Shown here: one piece after another, positions 27,374-32,000 of the stretch
How positions within the stretch are numbered: position 1 is the stretch's first letter
How the letters are laid out: the number at the start of each line of letters is the position of its first letter
The notes under the pieces: model-generated
Seen by the model: the letters and a program-made list of their open reading frames with translations, nothing else
The model's database searches: none
What the model was told of the DNA's origin: nothing
Program-made: the position numbers and the translations under genes
From: Pyrodictium abyssi
GTDB lineage: Archaea > Thermoproteota > Thermoprotei_A > Sulfolobales > Pyrodictiaceae
Reading direction: 5' to 3'
DNA: 32,000 nt
Assembly (NCBI RefSeq): GCF_036323395.1
Contig: NZ_AP028907.1
Span: 540,001 to 572,000 of the forward strand

Positions 27374-28132
27374 TTGCCGCTGCTCGTGGTGGACGGGCTA
27401 GTCAAGGTCTATCCTGGGGGCGTCAAGGCTCTCCGGGGGATAAGCTTCAGCGTCGAGGAGGGCGAGGTCTTCGGCCTGGTCGGGCCGAACGGGGCCGGCA
27501 AGACAACCACCTTCCGGATAATCGCTACTCTGCTTAAGCCGACAAGCGGCCGCGTCACCGTGGACGGTGTTGACGTGGCACAGGAGCCCTACGAGGCCCG
27601 GAAGAAGCTGGTCTACGTGCCGGAGGATGTGGGCGGCTACCGGCGGCTCACCGGGCTCGAGTACCTCTCCTTCGTCATAGAGGTCTTCATGTCGGCGCGC
27701 GGCGCAACGCGGAGCGAGGTCCGCGAGGCGCTAGAGGAGGCTGTGAGGCTCACCGGGCTCAGCGAGGAGAAGCTCCGGAGGACAAGGATGCAGGACTACA
27801 GTAAGGGCATGAAGCGCCGCGTCCAGGTCGCATGGGCGCTTGCCGTGAAGCCGCGGCTCGCAATCCTCGACGAGCCCACGTCGGGCCTCGACGTGGAGGC
27901 TAGCTATGAGCTACGGCGCGTCATAGCCGAGTACGCCCGGAGGCATCGGGTGACGGTGGTACTCAGTAGCCACAACATGCTGGAGGTGGAGTACCTCTGC
28001 GACCGTGTAGCCCTCATGAAGGACGGCAGGATAATAGACATAGGGTTCCCCGGGGAGCTCGTCGAGAAGTACAACGCCCGCAACCTCGAGGAGGCCTATA
28101 TGAGGGCTGTAGCGGGGGCTGGTAGCAGGTGA
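27374..28132 (+). CDS. ABC transporter ATP-binding protein
   Basis: Walker A GPNGAGKTT, signature YSKGMKRRVQVAWAL, Walker B LAILDEPTSGLD. TTG start. Confidence 0.95.
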   Translation: MPLLVVDGLVKVYPGGVKALRGISFSVEEGEVFGLVGPNGAGKTTTFRIIATLLKPTSGRVTVDGVDVAQEPYEARKKLVYVPEDVGGYRRLTGLEYLSFVIEVFMSARGATRSEVREALEEAVRLTGLSEEKLRRTRMQDYSKGMKRRVQVAWALAVKPRLAILDEPTSGLDVEASYELRRVIAEYARRHRVTVVLSSHNMLEVEYLCDRVALMKDGRIIDIGFPGELVEKYNARNLEEAYMRAVAGAGSR

Positions 28133-29316
28133 GGAGGCTTCTCGCGAAGGAGCTTAAGACGCTGCTCCGCGAGCCCATGGTAGTAGTAATGATAGTCATG
28201 CCGTTCATAATCTACTCGTTCATGGCTCCGTTCTACAGCGCTGCTACCGAGCAGGCCGAGGAGGCCGCCAAGCTACGGGGCGTAAGGATAGCCCTCGCCA
28301 GCTGCCAGGAGACCGGCCCCGGACCGGTGCTAGGAGTACTGGCAGCCTCGCTCCGGGCGGCCAACGTGACGGTGAACGTGCTGGAGACGTGTAAGCCCGT
28401 GGAGGCCCTGAAGACGGGTGGCTACGACGCCGTGATAGTGGTAAACTCTACCGGTGGCCGGTTCTCCTTTGAAGTCTACGTCCGAGGCGACCCTACGCGC
28501 CTAACCCGCACACTAGCACTGCCGGGCTCGCTGGGCGCCCAGCTAGGCCGCGCTCTATCCCCTGGCGCTGGGAACGTGACTAGCCGGGCCTACGTGCTGC
28601 TAGGCGACCGGCTCTGGAGCTTCGAGGAGCTTAGCAGCGTCTACGGCGTGGGCGTTGCGCTGGGCTATGCTACGTTCTTCATACTGTTCCCGGCCGCCTC
28701 GCTGGGCGCCGCCCTGATGGGCGCGGAGAGGGAGGAGCACATGCTCGACGTGCTCTTCTCGCTACCGGTCCGGAGGCGGAGCATAGCCCTATCCAAGGCC
28801 GCCGCGGCGCTGGTGGCATCGCTGCTCACGGCTGCCTCTGCGCTCGCCGGGCTCTACCGGCTCTTCGGCTCAATCGGCGTAGATATGGGGATATCCAGGT
28901 ACTACTCGCCAGCGGATCTCACGGTCTACGTGGCGGCCCTTGCCTCTGAGGCACTGTTCGCCGTCATACTGGCCATGCTGGTCGGCTTATTCGCCTCAAC
29001 GATGAGGGGAGCGCAGTCTGCCGCGACGATAGTAGTGCTCCCCGCGATAATACCGCCCATGATGACGATGACCGGCATCCCAGTCTCCAGGCTCTTCACC
29101 CTCGTGCCCTACACGGCCGCGCTGTACGCCGGCCTAGCACCCCTAGCAGGCCTAGAGCGCGCAGCCATGGCCACCGTGGCGCAGCTAGCCGAGACAGCGC
29201 TAGCGCTACTACTGCTTGTCAAGCTGCTAGAGTCCGAGGCAGCCGTAACAGGGCCCGAGACACTCCGGAGGCTCCGCACAAGCCTAGCACACAAGCTACG
29301 GGGCAGACGCCGCTAG
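28129..29316 (+). CDS. ABC-2 type (NatB-like) transporter permease
   Basis: N-terminal LAKELKTLLREPMVVVMIVMPFIIYSFMAPF, large extracytoplasmic loop, REEHMLDVLFSLPVRRRSIALSKAAAA and multiple TM helices. 4-nt overlap with the ATPase ORF. Confidence 0.88.
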   Translation: MRRLLAKELKTLLREPMVVVMIVMPFIIYSFMAPFYSAATEQAEEAAKLRGVRIALASCQETGPGPVLGVLAASLRAANVTVNVLETCKPVEALKTGGYDAVIVVNSTGGRFSFEVYVRGDPTRLTRTLALPGSLGAQLGRALSPGAGNVTSRAYVLLGDRLWSFEELSSVYGVGVALGYATFFILFPAASLGAALMGAEREEHMLDVLFSLPVRRRSIALSKAAAALVASLLTAASALAGLYRLFGSIGVDMGISRYYSPADLTVYVAALASEALFAVILAMLVGLFASTMRGAQSAATIVVLPAIIPPMMTMTGIPVSRLFTLVPYTAALYAGLAPLAGLERAAMATVAQLAETALALLLLVKLLESEAAVTGPETLRRLRTSLAHKLRGRRR

Positions 29317-29412
29317 TGACTGCGTGGCGTCTGGGCGCCCGCGGGCCTGGCAAAGCACATCTAGCAGCACTCAAGGCCCCCTTTTACCACATACTAGGGT
29401 GCTGCTGCAGCT

Positions 29413-30003
29413 TTGAGCGCAGCTAAGGCGTTGGAAAAACCGCTACCCCGGCCCCGGCGGGGCCTGGTGGGCTATGCCGCTGCTCGTGCTCTGGAGGCTC
29501 TGCTTGAGGCTTTGCTGGCGCTGAGGTTCCTCGGGGAGGGCTTTACGAGGAGTGCTGCGGGTAAGGCGCTCCAGGCGTGGCGGGCGCTAACCGGGGCGCT
29601 GCCGGCCCTCGAGCGGGACAGGGTAGCCGAGAAACTGGAGAACGAGGAGCAGAGGAGATGGCTACTGGAGAAGGCGATACCCCGGGCCCCGACTGGTAGG
29701 CTCAAAGCGCTTAGCCAGCTGCTAGATGAGGTAGGGTACCGGGACTACACACACTATACCAGCACGGCGCTAAGCCTCCACGACTACCAGCTCCACGGCC
29801 CGGACCCCTCCGGGGAGCTGAGCAAGTACCCCGGCGAGGAGGAGGCTAGAAAGGACATAGTGTACCTCGTGCAGACTGTAGCCAGGGTAATAGGGTCTAA
29901 GGCCAGGCAGAGCCTAACAGAGAAGGGGGCCTGGGCGCCAGAGCACGAGGAGGCTCTACAACGGCTAGCCAGGGAGATAGAGAGCCTCGGCGACGGAGCA
30001 TAA
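29413..30003 (+). CDS. PaREP1 family protein (copy B)
   Basis: KPLPRPRRGLVGYAAARALEALLEALLALRFLGEGFTRSAAGKALQAWRALTGALPALERDR...LSLHDYQLHGPDP, clearly paralogous to 11536..12111. Confidence 0.85.
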   Translation: MSAAKALEKPLPRPRRGLVGYAAARALEALLEALLALRFLGEGFTRSAAGKALQAWRALTGALPALERDRVAEKLENEEQRRWLLEKAIPRAPTGRLKALSQLLDEVGYRDYTHYTSTALSLHDYQLHGPDPSGELSKYPGEEEARKDIVYLVQTVARVIGSKARQSLTEKGAWAPEHEEALQRLAREIESLGDGA

Positions 30004-30076
30004 GGCGGATAGGCGTGGGCTACAAGGGCGCCCAGGGGAGTCCATAGCAAGGAGCCGATCGGAGGCGTCTCCCCCC

Positions 30077-30877
30077 TTGGCGCGTATCGAGCGCGTAGCC
30101 TCAGTCACCGTAGCAGTGGTGCAGCACGGCCCGGTACCGCTCTCCACGCTGCCCATGCTCCTCGGCAAGCTAGAGGAGGTCTACACCCGCGCCAGGGAGG
30201 AAGAGCGGCCCGACTACGTGGAGCTCCACCTCTACCAGAGCCCCCTCCAGCTCGCCGAGGCGCTGGAGGGCGAGGCGCTGCGGGTCGGCGCGGGGGTGTC
30301 TGCGCTCTATCCTACCGCCTACGAGGCGTGGACGGGTATACCCAGGATACACGTGGTGCCGGGCGAGCTAGCCGGGCTCGAGTACGGGGCCGCGCTCCTA
30401 GCCCACGAGGCTGTGCATAGCGTGCTCCACCCCGGGCCCGGCTACTACGTGGTGGCTTTGCCCCGCCGCCTACCCGCGGCCCAGGGCCTCCTCGTAGCCC
30501 ACGTCGCCGCGACTGTGGTGAAGGACCTGGAGGTACACCTCTGGATGGCCGAGCGGCGGCTAGACGAGGACCTGGAGGCCATCCGGCACTACTGGCTCTA
30601 CAGCCAGCTCGTGGAGCCCCGCTGCGCCCTCCTCCAGGAGGCCGGGGACACGCTACGCGCAGCGACGGCCTGGATAGCGGCTGGCGCTGAGCCCCCGCTG
30701 AGCGGGGAGTGCCGCGAGGCCCTAGCCGAGCCCCTGGAGCTGCTACGCGGGCTGGCAGAAGGGTGGCGCGCCAGGGCCCGGCCATGGAGCCGGGTAGGCG
30801 AGGTAGTGGAATCCCTAGCGAGGCTCGTGGAGAGCGGCATCGTCCATACGCCGCAGGACTACACCGGGGAGGCCTGA
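30077..30877 (+). CDS. Putative zinc metallopeptidase-like protein with HExxH motif
   Basis: 266 aa; ALLAHEAVHSVLHPG gives HEAVH, followed about 55 residues later by an acidic helix VVKDLEVHLWMAERRLDEDLEA that could supply a third ligand. Confidence 0.5.
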   Translation: MARIERVASVTVAVVQHGPVPLSTLPMLLGKLEEVYTRAREEERPDYVELHLYQSPLQLAEALEGEALRVGAGVSALYPTAYEAWTGIPRIHVVPGELAGLEYGAALLAHEAVHSVLHPGPGYYVVALPRRLPAAQGLLVAHVAATVVKDLEVHLWMAERRLDEDLEAIRHYWLYSQLVEPRCALLQEAGDTLRAATAWIAAGAEPPLSGECREALAEPLELLRGLAEGWRARARPWSRVGEVVESLARLVESGIVHTPQDYTGEA

Positions 30878-30903
30878 AGGCAGCCACAGCGCCCTTGGCT
30901 CCC

Positions 30904-30912
30904 CCTTATAAG
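30904..30912 (+). promoter_or_regulatory. Archaeal TATA-box candidate upstream of the secreted protein gene
   Basis: CCCTTATAAGCC immediately downstream of the preceding stop. GGAGAGGTGAG before the ATG at 31021 is a plausible Shine-Dalgarno. Confidence 0.4.
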
Positions 30913-31020
30913 CCTTGCTCACATGCTGTGTACTCTCCCAGTGAGCTAGGGGTATACCCTCCACACGCACTAGAAGAGAAACACGAAACAGCACAGAGAG
31001 AAGGAGAGGTGAGACAAGAC

Positions 31021-31632
31021 ATGACCAAGCCCGGTCTAGCCCTACTAGGCGTAGCCCTCGCAGCCCTCACGGGCGCAGCCATAGCGGGCGCATGGGCCCC
31101 ATGGTGGATAAGCCAGGCAAACGCCACGCCAGTAGCAGCGCCGTTCGAGCCAATGGCGGGAGCAGGATGCCCTGCCTGCCCGATGGCTGCCGGCCAGCAG
31201 TCGATGGCGGCCCCTGCAGCAGGTATGCCAGTAGCCGGCAAGCCCGGGGCAGTAGGCCCAGCAGCTGGCTGGCACGGCCACCACGGCGCAGCCAGGGGCG
31301 CCTGGGCCACAGCAACAGCGACCACAGTGACGGGCACAGTAACCAAGGTCTACCAGCCCCGTATGCTAGTGGTAGACACTGGTAGCGGCACAGCCATGGT
31401 AGTGCTGCCGTGCATGATGATAAGCCCCAGCGGCGGCCTAGTGACCGCCGACACGCTGCTAGCCAAGATACAGCCGGGCACAACCGTGACCATAGAGGGC
31501 TACGCCAAGGTGCAGCCACTCACCGGCTACACGATAGTCCACGCGACAGCGATAACGGTGGACGGCGAGACCTACACCTGGGCCAGCGGCTACATGGCCC
31601 AGCAGATAGCGGCCACAGCAGCTAGCAGCTAA
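31021..31632 (+). CDS. Secreted/anchored protein with Met/Cys/His-rich N-terminal linker and small beta-rich domain
   Basis: Signal/TM segment GLALLGVALAALTGAAIAGAWAPWW, then GAGCPACPMAAGQQSM...WHGHHG, then TVTGTVTKVYQPRMLVVDTGSGTAMVVLPC...GTTVTIEGYAKVQ. The longer ORF call from 30709 runs through the preceding gene; the ATG at 31021 with SD is the likely start. Confidence 0.65.
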   Translation: MTKPGLALLGVALAALTGAAIAGAWAPWWISQANATPVAAPFEPMAGAGCPACPMAAGQQSMAAPAAGMPVAGKPGAVGPAAGWHGHHGAARGAWATATATTVTGTVTKVYQPRMLVVDTGSGTAMVVLPCMMISPSGGLVTADTLLAKIQPGTTVTIEGYAKVQPLTGYTIVHATAITVDGETYTWASGYMAQQIAATAASS

Positions 31633-32000
31633 CCCGAGGATAGGGGGACCAGGGGAAACACTCTACGCCTATGCCTTTTTGCGTCCATGGAGTCTGTCTG
31701 CGTACCCTCTCCTAGCTCGGCCGGGGCTTGTCTCCTTAGAGGCCCTCTCGGAGAAAATCCTTGCCCAGGGCTTCTAGCCGTCTAGCCGGCTCAACCTCAA
31801 CGGGGCTTACGCTGATTCACCGTAATGGCGCTATGGAGTTCTATCCAGGTTCTAGCCCATCCCTAACGCAACAGCATCTCTTGTTGAAAGATTTTCTTAT
31901 CTATTATATTGTGTCCTTATAAAATGTTATATTACTCTGTAATTCAGTTATTCTGAGATTTTCTTTCAATTAAAGTGCTAGATATAAATAGACTATTGTT

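Noticed and set aside
30312-30887. 191-aa minus-strand ORF opposite the HExxH gene
   Set aside because: R/P/A/G-rich shadow frame with no motif. The plus-strand ORF has better protein-like composition.
30709-31020. N-terminal extension of the secreted protein ORF back to 30709
   Set aside because: It overlaps the preceding gene and is low-complexity. The ATG at 31021 has a good Shine-Dalgarno and begins a signal peptide.
31890-31990. AT-rich tail with CTTTCAATTAAAG as a CRISPR leader or repeat
   Set aside because: Only one partial repeat-like string is present and no second copy occurs before the window ends, so it cannot be supported from this sequence.
1-32000. CRISPR array, rRNA or tRNA genes
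   Set aside because: By eye I saw no regularly spaced direct repeats, no GGTTCAAATCC/GGTTCGAATCC-type T-arms with a matching cloverleaf, and no rRNA signatures on either strand. A tRNAscan-SE/CRISPRfinder run would be needed to exclude split or intron-containing tRNAs.

Overview
The window is GC-rich and looks like a hyperthermophilic crenarchaeote, probably Desulfurococcales/Pyrodictiaceae-like. That placement is an inference from gene content: PaREP1 proteins, archaeal pantoate kinase and frequent GTG/TTG starts. The well-supported core is metabolic. It includes coaBC, archaeal pantoate kinase, panE and panB (four CoA-biosynthesis steps within about 17 kb), a double-hotdog thioesterase, a two-subunit CoA-transferase plus acyl/acetyl-CoA synthetase operon, an ABC exporter, a CDF transporter and a YwiC-like membrane protein. 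Accessory content includes two VapBC-like PIN toxin/antitoxin pairs, a frameshifted TnpB, two PaREP1 paralogs on opposite strands, two coiled-coil repeat proteins (one with a PD-(D/E)XK-like C-terminus), an orphan HExxH protein, and a cluster of exported carbohydrate-related proteins: a multiply frameshifted GH12-like endoglucanase with a TVT-rich stalk and TM anchor, a frameshifted beta-helix protein, and an intact spherulin-4-like protein. The main non-obvious pattern is that broken reading frames fall mostly in exported, mobile or small accessory genes, while long metabolic genes stay open. No CRISPR array, rRNA or convincing tRNA was seen. I found no feature I can defend as a fully new multi-gene system. 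The best leads are the decaying or recoded surface-glycosidase cluster, the HExxH protein and the PaREP1 pair.
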